A stretch of 64,000 nucleotides of DNA. Origin: Dicyema japonicum (Eukaryota > Animalia > Dicyemida). The DNA lies in contig RDEW01000023.1 of assembly GCA_011109175.1 (NCBI GenBank), positions 159,225-223,224 on the forward strand, written 5' to 3'. The stretch's first letter is position 1. Each line of letters starts with the position of its first letter. This document shows positions 26,678 through 40,089 of this stretch, piece by piece. Made by a program: the position numbers and the translations under genes. The notes under the pieces were generated by a model. It saw only the letters and a list, made by a program, of their open reading frames with translations, was not told where the DNA came from and made no database searches.

Positions 26678-27055
26678 AGGATGGAGTAGTAACAAAGTAC
26701 TACAAGTCCAATATGGAAAGACTCAATGCGGATGTCTCAACAACGGCGTACATCCAATCAACGACGATTAAAAAAACTTTAGAGAGCATGATAATCGAGC
26801 ATAGAGATGGGCTGAAAGTTGATAACTATGATGATGAGGTTACTAGAGTGACTAATCATCTTATCTCAAGAGGCTCTGAACTTGTAACTGAAATGGAAGA
26901 GGAACCAAGAGAAACAGCTGTTTTGTCTAGTGATTTGCTCTCTCAAATGGTATACGAGGAAAACAGTAAGGGTGATGCAAAGGGCCAATGTCCAAAGAAA
27001 AGGAGAATTCAGTTTGCATAGTGTTAATTACAATTAATTTTCTTCATTCGATTAT
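26678..27055 (+). mobile_element. R4/Dong-like element, 5'-truncated 3' end
   Basis: DGVVTKYYKSNMERL...TAYIQSTTIKKTLESMIIEH is homologous to 38138-38512. Confidence 0.85.
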
Positions 27056-27799
27056 TATATTAAACACAAGGTAATTTATCATTTTTTAATTTATTTACAA
27101 AGAAATCTTCATTTTCATGCTATTTTGTTTTTTCGAAGTGAATGGTCAATAACCGCAAAGAACATATTCAGGAATTTCTTCTTTGATTACATTGTGCATT
27201 GTGAAAGCATGTTCCATATCTTTCATGCATTCATGCTCTAAAAATCAATGATAAAAGATGTCCAAATTTTCAGTTTCTAATTATTTACTGATTAGTTGGG
27301 CTTTTTTGTTATCAGGTTGTGTCATAAAGTTCAACTTGTGAGGGCTTTTCAAAGCAATTTCGTTTTTCCGATCGATTATCATATTAACGATTAACTGTAT
27401 ACAATCTGTTTTACTAAATATAATTACAATCCGTATTCAAAATAACATGAGCATCGTACCTATGAGTATTTCATTTTTGTCCCGTTTTTAAAAATATAAT
27501 TTTTACTTTACTCAAGAAGAGTCCGGGAGTTGCTCGAAGGTAAGATCAATTTTACTTTGATTTCTTTTTTCTTTCAAGTTTCTCTTAGGGCTTCTAAAAA
27601 AATCAAAAAATAATGATCAATTGAAGTGGCGCTAACTTGTAGGTCGATCAGGACAAGAGAAGAAGTGGCTTCTGCCCATATAGAGCCCAGATAGATCACA
27701 TCCAAAAATTTGATCGTCAGATTTGGATATTTTTTTTATTTTAAAATTATTTTTAAAAATAATTAATTAATAAATGTTTAAAGAATATCTGGGGCTCTT

Positions 27800-28110
27800 C
27801 TGGTGAACGTAACATACATATCTTGATTGTGCTAGTGGGAGATAAACCTTACCACGAAGAACTTGACCAAGATCCATGACATTCAGTCAAATGCGGCTAA
27901 AGTACTGAAGAAGTCTTCTTGCAAGAAAATCCTCCTGGAGCTTTGAGAACATGATAAATATAATTCGTGTAATTGAACCACGTCCATGTTGCAAATGTGC
28001 CAGAACATGGTCTGAACACAAGTAAAGATTACTCCTTAAAGAAGTCGGGATCATCTTAAGTTCTCATTAATGCTATAACTATGGTTTTGATTAATTTAAC
28101 GTCTAATGAG
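27800..28110 (-). mobile_element. Highly degenerate non-LTR RT remnant
   Basis: VLAHLQHGRGSITRIIFIMFS resembles the HL......RI.F.DFS motif of Rex1/CR1-type RTs. Confidence 0.3.
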
Positions 28111-28559
28111 ACTGCTGTGAGTTCGAATCCTATACATGAATTTTACAACGGTCGAATCCCGTCAAATAGATCCTACCAGTGAAATGACTAGTCCTTATAT
28201 ACGATGCAGTCGTTCAAATGGATCTTCCTACCTTTCCCTAACCAAATCCACCATTGAGATTTCATTATGAAAACTCTTGATCCCGTCAAGCTCGACAAAC
28301 CATTTGTCTCTACAAATATTCGAAATTATCTTATTCATATGACAAATAATCCATATTGGGCGAGTCTTATATCATAATTTGTTCCTCACCGCTAATGGTG
28401 AGAAAATACATGATCTATATCGTGATTTATAGACTTTTTGTCGAGAGTCCATGATTACACATCTCGGAATTACGCTCATTAATATCGATGCCGCATCTGC
28501 TAAGGATTTCATAAGCCACTCAGTTTAACTGCAATCGTACCATTGTCAAATATCAATAA

Positions 28560-29940
28560 TTGAAAGACATATATAAGGGCTGCCTCGTCGGCTTCTACTA
28601 AAAGACCACGTAAAACCAAACTAATTATCACGTGATCCCGACGATGACTTCTTTTCGATTGTTCCGAAATTTTACTCCTTGTTTCCTGGTGGGATTTCGA
28701 CCCCCTAAAAACGAATTGATTTTTCTTAAATTCCCGATCACTAGGAGTACGATGAAGCATGTCCTCTTTGACAAAAAACACCTCAAATGCGAATCGCTGG
28801 ATAGATTAAAAATATTTGACTCACACTCAGCACTTCCTCATAAAAAAAGTCTTAACATTAAGATAATCGCTTATTTACTCAGGGCAGGACCGTATTATTC
28901 CCGACTAGAGCAGCTTGAGCATTTTGATTGGTCTTTCCTCAGTTCTACGGAGCAAATATTTAATGTCAAATTCGACGATGCTACATGGAAGCAAGTTACA
29001 CTACCAGTTAGATTTGGGAGTCTTGGAATCCGTCGTACATTGGACGTCTCACTTCCTGCACATCTGTCTTAACTCACGTCCTGCGAACCTTTGATCAGGA
29101 GGATTCTACACTCCCTACCCGATTTCTCAATTGACTAAGACATAATCCACGCACGAAAAGCCTGGAATGTCACCAACCTCCTCCTGCCTCCTTTACAAGA
29201 CTGTCAGCCAAACCTGGACTATTTATTATGTTGGACTCTCACTGGAATCAGCCAATCAGCACCGACGTGCTTGTTTGCTTTCAGGGGCTTTCCCGAGAGA
29301 AGTGCCTGCTCAAAGCCATTCCCAATGGAGTTCTGGGTACCTTCCTGGATGATGGATGCGTCTGTATTAAGATCTCATTGCGACTGTGATTAAAGTCTGT
29401 TTTCAACATCCGTGCCGATGCGGAAACAAGATCGACTGTTTTGGCCTACACCCTCTCTACTGCAGGAATAATGCAGGAATATTTCCCAGACACATGGCCT
29501 TGAACGAACTCGTTAAACGAGCTTTTGACGCCGCGGTCACCCTTCTATGCTCGAAACTGTCGGCTTTTGCAGACGGGACGGGAAACCAGATGAGATAACA
29601 ATCTTCCCTTTTGAAACCAAGAAACCACTTGTCTGGGACGTTACCTGAACGACACATCCAGAATGCCTCTGGAGCTGTTCTGCCAATGAGAAGGCCGAGA
29701 AGATGAACGGGAATAGTATGCGGTCTTACCCAATTATTTTTTGTTTGTTCCTCTCGCCGTTGAGACGTCTGTTTCCCTTGCGCCTGCGACGCTGGAATTC
29801 TTGAGTCGTCTAGGAAATCGGATCGTTACACGAAAAGGAGAACCTCGTGAGCGCTGCTGGATATTCAAGCGAATCTCGCTCGCTATTTCCTGAGAGGGAA
29901 TAGCCACGCAGTCAGGGCAGCCTCTATATAACTTTTTACT
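28560..29940 (+). mobile_element. CRE-like RLE element, degenerate
   Basis: LPVRFGSLGIR, HPCRCG..D.FGLHPL.CR, RHMALNELVKRAF, LVWDV, RGNSHAV. Confidence 0.9.
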
Positions 29941-30269
29941 CTATTTTCTTTCTTTAATAAATTTTTTAATATTTAAATAAACTAAAATTTTTACATACTT
30001 CAATAAAAATTTTACAACAACTTTTCTTATGGACAAACTTATTTTGGGAAAATAGCCAAATTTAATAATTTTTTATCTAAAAAAATTAAAAGTTATTGCA
30101 ACCAGTAACTTTTGAATTTTAGATAACAGTCGTGAGATTAGTGACTTTGTTAATTCTAGAGTCGGTTTTACAGTGACACCTGTGAAATAGTAATATAAAT
30201 GATAAACCTGTTTGTTTGAAATGTTTCTAAGACAAATTTTTTTTTATAAAGAAAAATTTTTTTAACAAT

Positions 30270-32720
30270 TAAACAAATGTCAGTTGAGGAAGCCTGCTGC
30301 GTGGATTGCGAACGAGTTCCCTCGGAAAATGGCTATTCCAATCTTTTGTCTTAGCCATAACCCTTCTCGTTGATCCCTTTTCTTTCTGGCAAGCAATCCT
30401 CCGAGTTCTTGCAAGAATTCAGCCGTTATTGGACCAACGGCTCCCGATGATTTGGTCGCAACAGATGTAAATCGGTAGCGATCCCCGAGGCAAGAATATT
30501 TCTTGATTTTTAGGTTCTCCGCAGTCGAAGCAGCTGCTCCAGGTGTCTGAACCGATTTAAAAATATTCATGCATGAGAAAGTGTCTGCACAAGTTGCGTC
30601 CCAGACCAAAGATCTTCCAGACGTGAAGCGGAAAAGGGTCATCCCGTCAGGTCTCTTCCCATCTCTTCGTTCATGAAGGACTTGCCGTGTCAAATGTCTG
30701 CAGTTTGAGAGAGACGATAGATATGCCGGGTACGCAACCTCCAGCGCCGATCTTAGACCGACACCTCCGAATCCAGAGGGAAGCTTACATTGTTTCCTAC
30801 CAAGTTCGTCAAGCGGACGTTAATTAATGACTCAACAGTTTGTTTGAGAGACTTGTCTATTGAAAGTAGAGTGTCGTATTGTTCGTAGCAGGGTGAACAT
30901 CGGAGTAGATATAAAAGCTTAGGTAGTCCAATGTTGTTTCTCATCAGGAAGAAAAATGTGTGAGAGTCGAGACATGACAATCTTTTCGCAAGGCGTGTTA
31001 ATTCTTCATTTTTGGAAAGTAGATGGTTCTTGAGTTCTTTTTCGCTGAGTGGGCATCCGAGGAAATATAATTTATCAACTGGCACAGTCGGGATCCCAGG
31101 AAGCAGTTCGTTAAAAGACTCCTTGATAGAGAAAAAGTCGGTGTATGGATATGAGACATTTATTAGCTCTGATTTGTTAACATTGATGTCCAAGACCAAA
31201 TGTTTTAATGCGGGTAACGCTTTACGTAATGAATTGTATGTTTATTTGAACGATCCTCCAATTGTGGCTTCATCGAGGTATCAGAGATTTAGCTGAGCAT
31301 TAATTGATCTCACAACCTCATCAATGGTCAAGGCAAATAATAGAGGTCCGAGCGGATCTCCTTGTTGTACACCCGTTTTTGATTTAATAATTTCATTTTC
31401 AAAAACCAAAGACGTATCTTCCCCATAGGATAATTGACAAGAAGGAAAAGCTTTGGAGCCCTCTTCCAACACGTTTTCATAATTTCATCTCTTCTGAGAG
31501 AATTGAAGGCATTCGTTATGTCCAACTTGATTCCAATGCATTCATTTGAAATATTTTTATGTGTGAAGAAACGCCTTGCTGCATGAACCGCAACCTCACA
31601 TCTGTTCTGGATACTAACACCCATTTGTTTAGGAAAGAACTCCTCTCCGAGTTGTCAGCTCACCAGGGTCGATGCTACTTTTGCTGCAAGTCTTCTAAAA
31701 TAGTTCCCGACCGCAATGGGGCCAGATTCCTCCGTTGGGTTTTTTGAAAGCAAATAGCCTTGCGGAGAAGAGCAATTCTCTGGCTTATTTATAAATGTCG
31801 CCGTTAACCATTTTTCTGATTAGGTCCGTAATTGATTTGACAAGACAGCGTCCAGCTCCCGAGGTGTAAGTGGACGTAAGGTCCTTAATATGGCCAGGAC
31901 GTAACCCTTCCAAGACTCCACCGCTGCTAGCGGTGAAGGAAGTTATTCCGTGACGCACTTCGGATTCGGTAATAATGATCTCCTGGGTTCCTTCAGGATT
32001 CAAAAACTTTTCATAGTCAGTCGGTGCATCTGGATGCTTTAGAATTAAGGTATTTAGGACCTCGGGAGTACAAGACAATACTGTGTCATCGGATGTGATA
32101 ACCTTCAAGGCTGCCCGCACGTCGCTTCCAGAAGTTTCCGGTTTACTCTCTCCTTTAGTTTGTTGGGGGCATCTTTGATGAATGCTCTTCTGGTTTCGAC
32201 CTCATTGACATTTGGCTGTTCAAGTATTGCGTGTATGTTATGACAGCTAAAATTCATTATGTTTCGTTTCAGTTTCACAGATAAGTTGAGTCGGGAGTTT
32301 GTTTCTTTATTATTGTCCTCAGATTCCTTTGTAGGTATTCCGAGTGCGACAGGTGCAAAGCATATAAGGTTTTAGCCAGGATTCCCAACTGTCAGAGGAT
32401 AGTGCGTGATCAATGGCATCTGAAAGACTCGTTGCTGCGGCAATTCGTACTCCTTTAGAGATTTTTACTGGGATTTTCATGGCTTTCCTGAGGTTCGAGA
32501 TCTTCAAGAGAGTATGATCTGTATGTGGCAGTGTAAAGTTTGACTGAGTTATTTTTTCCCGCCTGAGGCCTCCATTCCAATACAAAAGGGGCACAACCAA
32601 CTCGACAGCGTCTCGGCGCAAGCTTTACTCATTTTTATGCAGCCCAGATGGACGAATGATTCACATTGTGTGCAGTTAATATTTCCATAAGATTTTTGTT
32701 GATCACACCACACCACACCA
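30270..32720 (-). mobile_element. CRE-like RLE element, near full length, with an N-terminal PHD-like finger, internal deletion and frameshifts
   Basis: KLDITNAFNS, GVQQGDPLGPLLF, YLDEA, RDGKRPDG, LVWDATC. N-terminal CTQC....H..C...WLCPFC. Confidence 0.92.
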
Positions 32721-33353
32721 CTTTTTTAATTTTTTCGACGAAAAATTAAATAAAAAGCGAAAATTCCACAAGATATTTTCTAAAGAATGTCTTAATTTTT
32801 TCACTGATCTTTCTGATTGAACGTGAATTAACATGTTATAAAAAACTCGAAAAATTGAAAAATTATCTACAAAAATCGCACTTCTCATTAAATTTTGATG
32901 GAATCATCAATGAGTGAATTTTTTTCTAAATTCCGACTAGTCAAGACCCAGAACATTTGATAATATCAAATTTAGTTATGGAACTATCATTGACTCTCCA
33001 TTCTTATAGGAACAGCTTGTTTTCAGATATCTATAGGTTTCCAGTCCAATAAATTAACTAAAATGCGAAATATTAGTTTGAATTTATGTTTTTTTTGTAC
33101 TTTTAAATTGTAGTATTATTGTTTTCCCTAGTTTATCTAAATATTCGATAAGTTTTTCAAACTTAGACGAATGATGCTTCGCAAATGCTGTAATCTTCTT
33201 GATGGCTTAAGGAGAAAGTAATATCGCACATAGGCAATACGTCACTGAGAAATTTATTTTCATGCTAATTAATAATTTATGGTAACCTAAAAAATCTAGT
33301 TGTTTAATTTTTATTTAATAATAATTTTTTATCTTTCACAATTCATAATACTT

Positions 33354-33656
33354 TGGAAAATAGCCGCGTAGCGTCATGTGCTGCTTCGTTCCTAATTGAT
33401 TGAAGTTTCTGTTTTGTTCATCCGTTTCTCCTCTCTTCTTATTAGAGTGGGGTCATGTGATTCATCAAGGTGGCGCCCATGAAGAAGGATCATTTGCTCT
33501 CCCCCACTCCACAGGAGGGATTTCCACAACTGCAGCTATGGACGTTTTTTTCCTTTATGCTGATTTCGGATGGACTCTTTCTGTTGTAGTGGAACTAGAT
33601 ACATTTAATTAATTGTTTAATAACTTCTTCTCGGTGTATCCGGGGTTATTAAATTA
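33354..33656 (+). mobile_element. ~300 bp LINE-3'-derived short element with TSD ataatactt
   Basis: TSD at 33345-33353 and 33657-33665. Colinear with 48531-48846. The end is homologous to the Jockey-like ORF2 end and 3' UTR at 55690-55770. Confidence 0.75.
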
Positions 33657-34099
33657 ATAATACTTCGTTCTTTCTAAAAAATTGACAAAATCAATAATAG
33701 CGTTAACTATCCCTCGCAAATATTCACTTTAAACAAAAAGAAAAATTTATCGACAATTCTTTGGCATGATAATAAGTTGTTGTCGTCCTTATAACGAAAT
33801 ATTTGCACTTTTTGTTCAATGTGAATCTAGTATACCTACTACTAGAGGCACAACGAGGCATGCTACTCGAATAATGTTTTATGGTTTTAATTTTCAGTAA
33901 TTTTTTTAAAAACTTTAAAAAATTCTGGCAAATTTCGTAATTGGCAAATTTTCACTAAAATTAGAATATTTTTAAAAAAGTGACAAATCTGAGAATTGGC
34001 AAGTTTGAGAGAGTTTACTGTAAATAAATATGTTAACCAGTTCTAGTCGCAAAACATGATAAGGGAGTGAGGTTGTTTACCAGATCTTTATTAGAAAAA

Positions 34100-34290
34100 A
34101 TGTATGAAATTTAGAGTGAATTTAAAAAAAAAACGCAAAAAATTTCGACAAGAATAAGCTAAGTACTTTAGGGGTCGTAAAAAAAGAATAATTTCGATAT
34201 TCCTCAGTGGATGATTGATATTCAAATCCAAAATTTTTAAATTTGATTCCGAATTAAAAGATGAGTTAATCGACTTAAAATTATACATTT
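34100..34290 (+). mobile_element. hAT transposase C-terminal remnant
   Basis: FDIPQWMID...DSELKDELIDLK. Confidence 0.5.
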
Positions 34291-34314
34291 TATAATTTAA
34301 TTAAAATTTTTTTT

Positions 34315-34495
34315 TTAACAATTAAACAAATATCAGTTGAGGAAGCCTGCTGCGTGGATTGCGAACGAGTTCCCTCGGAGTATGGCTATTCCAATCTTTT
34401 GTCTTAGCCATAGCCCTTCTTGTTGATCCCTTTTTCTTTCTGGCAAGCAATCCTCCGAGTTCTTGCAAGAATTCAGCCGTCATTGGACCAACGGA
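34315..34495 (-). mobile_element. CRE-like 3' end, same subfamily as 10455 and 30270
   Basis: Near identity of the AEFLQELGG...AAGFLN region and tail. Confidence 0.9.
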
Positions 34496-34599
34496 ATACC
34501 TCAGTTTTGGCAAATTCGAAGTTTATAGAAGTTTCCAAAATTATGTAATTTGATCTCTCAGATAATATTTTACTTTCCACCCACCGGCTTAAACAATAA

Positions 34600-34812
34600 G
34601 TGATCATCACCAAACTTTAAAACCACAAAGATATTGGTATACAACTTGCTTATAAAATCTATTCTTCTATACAAGGCTGGGACCTAGGCACTCTCAATAG
34701 AGGAAGAATAGAGGACGGAGTCTTTTAACAGGAATCATCTGATAAAAATAACAGGAAAGAATTGGACGACCAGGGTCTCTTGAAAGGAATCTACGAGAAA
34801 TGTGGTGGTCCC
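34600..34812 (+). mobile_element. RTE C-terminal remnant
   Basis: Homologous to 21410-21600. Confidence 0.65.
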
Positions 34813-34814
34813 CA

Positions 34815-34918
34815 GAAAAATACGATAAAATTATTAATCAGGTTCATGTAATCCACATATAATATAATTTAAATTAAATTTTATTTATATTTTTACAACT
34901 ATTTATTATTTATATTTG
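34815..34918 (-). pseudogene. Promoter and first codons of a third LAMP-like paralog (C)
   Basis: The minus strand gattacATGAACCTGATTAATAATTTTAT (ATG at 34847) is identical to the paralog A start. Upstream similarity resumes after 38565. Confidence 0.7.
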
Positions 34919-34932
34919 TTCTGGTTCAATGT

Positions 34933-37900
34933 AATTATTGTAAAATTATAAAAACGTGTAGTTGTTGTGGTGTTGACATGTCCGTTTCTAATCATACCGA
35001 GAAATCGAATCCTATGGGCCTTCCTGCAAAATTAAATAAAGAAGATAGTTTAGTAGAAGCAGGACCGTCGTCTGTGGGGCTGGATAATGTCACAAGAACT
35101 AATATCAACATCGCTGGGAATATTGGTGCCAAAACCAACTTGCATTCATTATCTGCCATTATTGAAGAGGTCGACTGTGTCTCTGAAGCTGAGTGGGTAT
35201 CTCAGATTTTTCTTGCCACGAAACAAAGATTTGGAAGGATACCTAGAGGTGGCTGGAACCTCGTACTCAAAAAGTTCAATGAAAAGTACTCCAAGAATTC
35301 CAGTCTATGTCAACTAAAAAAGATGCTGAAACCTGAAAATCGGAATAACAATGTAAAAGGAGGCGAATGTTTCAAAGTGCAAAATAATACTAATGTGGAA
35401 ATTTCCACCTTCAGAAATTGCCTTGAGGAACTAAAAGTACAAATTGAGAAAATTAAGTCAATTCCGAGGGATACTCGAAAACCAACACCCAAAATTCAGA
35501 GAAAGTATGTCAGAGTTAATGTTTTGTCGGGACTAAATTCTGCAATATATTATATTACGAAAGATAATCCGCCTCAAGATATCAATCAAATTACTGATAT
35601 TCTATATGCTGCACAGTGTGCTTATATGACTTTAACTGCGAAGGTTAAACCGCAAAGTACGTGGTTGGAGAACACTGAAAAGAAAATCTCAAAGCTGATG
35701 GCAGAACTAGAACTTGTCAATCGCTTTTCCAGACAAGCTCTCCCTGTGTATGAAAAACAAAAGGTTATGGATGTTCTTTGTGCCTATGGATACAAAAGGG
35801 CCAAAAAGGGGAGGTTGCCAGGATTGAGGCTCTACTATGTGACCTTGTCAGAATTAAGAAAAAGCAAATAGCTGTACATCATTCGAGGAAGGACTTTCGC
35901 AAGGACAACTGTTGTTTTGAATTAAATCGAAGAAGATTTTATCGGAACCTATCAGCAAGCAATGAAGTAACGTTATATGGTTTCGATGATGAGGATTGTA
36001 TGTCGTTTTGGGAAAAAGTGTGGTCTAAAAGAAAAGAGATGAACGTGCCATATGACAGTGTGGGTAAAGTAAATACTGGTATTGAAGGCATGTTGCCAGA
36101 GTTCACAAATGAGTTTATCCTGGATGTTATTAAATGGCTCCCTGATTGGAAGGCGTGTGGATGCGATGGCTCATATAACTTCTTTATTAAGAAAATGGAA
36201 TCTTTACATGGCTTTTTATGTACTGAGATTAACCGAATTATTAATGGGGAATATATGCCTGAAAGTTGGTTTTATACTGGAATAACCTATTTAATTCCTA
36301 AAAAGGATGATTGTGAGACTCCTAATGACTTACGTCCTATCACGTGTATGCCAACTTTATATAAACTTATACCAAATGTGTTAATTCCAAACTCTCAGAT
36401 TTTGTGGATTCGTTTGGGCTATTATCTGACAATCAGCTGGGAACGAGGAAACATTGTCAGGGCGCTAAGGAACAGGCCCTTATTAATCAATGCTTAAATA
36501 AGGAGTATGGAAACGCCCTTTATTCTGCTTGGGTGGATGTGAAGAAGGCCTTTGATTCTGTTGACCATGAATTTTTATTTCATGTATTGGACTGCTCAGG
36601 AATACCCCGTTGGATTGTAAACTTTGTAAAGACCATAGTCAAGAAGTGGACTGTAAATCTCCACTTAGATGGAAGAAGAATTGGTTCTGTAAAACTGGGA
36701 CGGGGAATTTTGCAAGGAGATTCATTATCCCCTCAACTATTTGTTATGGTAATGGAACCCTTGAGCAGGACCCTTAACTTTATGTTCCCAAGACTCCAAA
36801 TTAATCAGGAGGATCCTAATACACTGACTTATTCTACAAATCATTTGTTATTCATTGATGACCTAAAGATATTTGGGCTAAAAGAAGATACTGTTATTAA
36901 AATGATGGAAGTTGTTCGCGATTTCTTTCATGTTGCCGGCTTGGAGATGAATTCGGAAAAGTCACTGTCTAATGTTAAATCGTTATCATGTTGTGAGAAT
37001 CTGGAAGGAGTCAGTGGATATCGATATTTGGGTGTTTTTGAAGATGAGGGAAGTAATGTTCTTAAAAGCAAAGTTATGGAGTCCATACTTGAAAATGTTA
37101 AAAGAGAATAACCATGCTTTCAAAAACAAAGTTAAATTCTGTGAACTTATTTCGCGCAATAAATGAATACGCAATGTCCCTAACTATTATATAGGATTAA
37201 TTAATATTGAACCATACGAATTTGATGATATTGACCAACAAATACGGCAACTGCTTACGTCACTCAAGTTGCACCTCAAACCTGCAAATAAAGAGAGGCT
37301 GTATTTGGACAGGAAGACTTTTGGAAGAGGACTTTCCTCGATTTCATTAAAGAGCGAATTAATACTTTTCCAGTTTTTTAAAAGTTTGGAAAAACAATCG
37401 ACTGTGTGTTTGCGAAGGTCGGGGATTCTGCGAGTAATAAAAACAAAAAAATGGCACTTGGCTACAATCGCAGGATTTCTTGCCTCTAAATATGCAATTG
37501 CCGACAGGGAAAGCATGGATATTAAGTCCCTCAAGGACACTCAGAAAAAATATTTACTAAATAAAATTTATTGCAGAACACTACACTCAATTATGTTCAA
37601 ATGTATTGATGAAACAAATGTCGACCTATATACTTCCTCAGAATGGTTATCCAAAGGAAATAACGGCCCACGGAGCGAAGCATTGTACTGTCTTTTGCAA
37701 GATAGGAATTTGTTTTTTGCACACACGGGGTCATTATGCAACCATTGTAAAAAAAGCAAGAAAACTGTTGATCATTTGGCCACTCAGTGTGGAAAAATGC
37801 TAAATAGTGATTATCTCCGAAGACATAATGAAGTGGTAAAGTGCATCCATCTTCATCTTTGTCGAATTTATGGAATCAAAAGAAGCAGGAAATTGAAAGG

Positions 37901-38550
37901 ACATTCGGTTCAGTCAATATTGACGAATCAAAATGTCGAAATTAGAGTTGACTCGTCGATTTTGACAGAAACAAAAGTCCAATACAATAAACCTGATATT
38001 TTCGTGTATGACAAAATAAAGAAGGAAGTAACGTTAATTGAAGTGGGGATTACCTCACAAGACCGACTAAAGCAAGTTGAAGTTGAGAAACTTCACAAAT
38101 ATGACTTGCTAGCAAATGAACTTTCGCTGCTCTATGAATGCCAAGTGAAGATTATTCCTGTGGTTTTGACATGGGATGGAGTTGTTCAAGATGCTTCAAG
38201 AATCATATGGATAAATTATCTATTGAAGAATCAACGAGGACTTACATCCAATCGGTTGTACTGAAGAGAACGCTCGAAAGTATGCTCATTGAACATAAGC
38301 ATGGGATGAAGGTATACGATGAAGAGTACGCCTCTGCTACCTCCCAACTTGTGGAACTGGCATGCCGTGAAGACAGCCCACTGGACTCAAACGGAGATAT
38401 TTTGACTGAATCTGATGTGGAGATGCGGAGTAACAGGGAGGTTATGGCACACTCTTCTTCTAAGAGAAGAAGAGGGATTACCAACAATCTGGATCAAAAT
38501 ACGCTTAATTAATTAATTAGTTAATTTATTCGTTATTATATAATTCGTTT
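34933..38550 (+). mobile_element. Full-length R4/Dong-like RLE non-LTR retrotransposon with a 14 bp TSD and about 5 frameshifts
   Basis: TTCTGGTTCAATGT at 34919-34932 and 38551-38564. RT motifs LRPITC, DVKKAFDSV, GILQGDSLSP, FIDDLK. CCHC finger CNHC...H...C. RLE KPDIFV..IEVG...EK. Confidence 0.95.
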
Positions 38551-38619
38551 TTCTGGTTCAATGTTATTTTATTATTCAGCAATTTTAGCAAAGGTAGTTG
38601 AACGTTCCACTACATCTGT

Positions 38620-39700
38620 AAGTATATTTCTGCCAATCGGAGTCTCACGAGGGTGTCATCAGTAACTTATTTTGTTCAATATCTTTCTGAACGAGATGCC
38701 CTCTTTAAATATGCACTTGTCTCGTATACGCTGACGATATGATCATCACAGCAAGAGACAAGTGTGATCACACAGGGCTGTAGCTCTAATAGATCACCTT
38801 AGTAGTTGGCTTGAGGAAATTATTTTTACTTCAAATAGAAGACTAACTTATTCTGGATCGCTCTTAACCTTAAATGAATATTTAATCCCTCCCAGTAACA
38901 CTGTCAAGTTATTGGATAACAAGTAAGACTCCCTCATGACTTTCGGTACACTCTTTAAAACGTCTTCTCGTAGCTTTTTACGCTGGTGGAATACTCAAGG
39001 AGAGTTTTCGAACTAATGGAACCTTATTACTTGGTTTAACAATCGTTGACTTTAAGTATTTAATCGACGAATAAGTATTTAATCGTTTAGAAGTGGCATT
39101 CAATGCATCCTCTAGAAATTATTGGATGACTGTCAATTTTTTAATTCACGGCTTACCCTGGTTTAATAAAGAGGACTGTTAATTGTTCAATCACTGAACA
39201 GCGCTAATTCTTATGACTGCTGCGAATACTCCCACAGTTCTGTTGATCGTTCCCCAATTTCCGTTAGTTCACTATGGATGTGACAACTATTTGCATGCTG
39301 GGACCACTGACCAGATCATCAATAGCTCCCCTGCTTACGAAAACTACCGTAGATATGGAACCGGATTCCTCCGCGTCTATGAGAAAAATGGAAACCCGCT
39401 TCGTTTATACTTTTCAAAGGAAAAAGAAAACCGATTGGTTCAAAAATTCCCATCTCCAATCGGATTCTTCTTCAGAGAACTAATGACCCCCACGGTATGT
39501 TATAATATAATTTATTCTTTACACTCTCTTCTCGGCTTCAAGGACAACATGCTAAAGAATAGCCAATCAGGTTTAAATCCCATCCGCGTACTATATTGGA
39601 TTCACAACCTTGAAAACCCTCAGAGACACTGTATATATCATAGTGTACATAAGACCCAATGATGAATTACATAAATTTAGACGATTCGCCAAGATTAATG
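38620..39700 (+). mobile_element. Jockey/I-group LINE 3' half, degenerate
   Basis: LFNIFLNEMP, YADDMII and the downstream thumb/C-terminal region, which includes ORF 39213-39662. Confidence 0.6.
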
Positions 39701-40089
39701 CTATAAGCAATGATTTTTTTCTCATCTTCAAACCGTCTCCAGTACCCCTGCGTGATTTAGTTATTGCATGGAAAGTCTACTTAGCTTACTAATGGATGAA
39801 ATCCTTTGTCTTCTTCCTCTAGAGAATGAGCAGTAGACAAAATCAGAGGACGTCGGAAACCAGATTCTGATGAAAGGAAGTCTGATCACGCAGAATTCGA
39901 TCTCTAATTCCATCTAACCAAGCCAAATTCTCTCTATATCTGACTATCTAGAAAATGCGGGAAATCTATGGAGAATGAGACGAACCAAATGAATGAAATT
40001 GCTAAAATTTTGTCAAACAAACAAATAGAAGTTTATTTCATTTTGTTATCACAGAATAAGGAACTTTCGGAGATTTGAAAATTGTCAAC

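Noticed and set aside
28200-28400. Group II intron RT-like KWFVELD
   Set aside because: Equally explained by a decayed non-LTR RT segment. No group II domain V or RT0 was seen.
39213-39662. 149 aa orphan ORF
   Set aside because: It lies directly downstream of a YADD-containing Jockey/I remnant and resembles the ORF2 C-terminal region.
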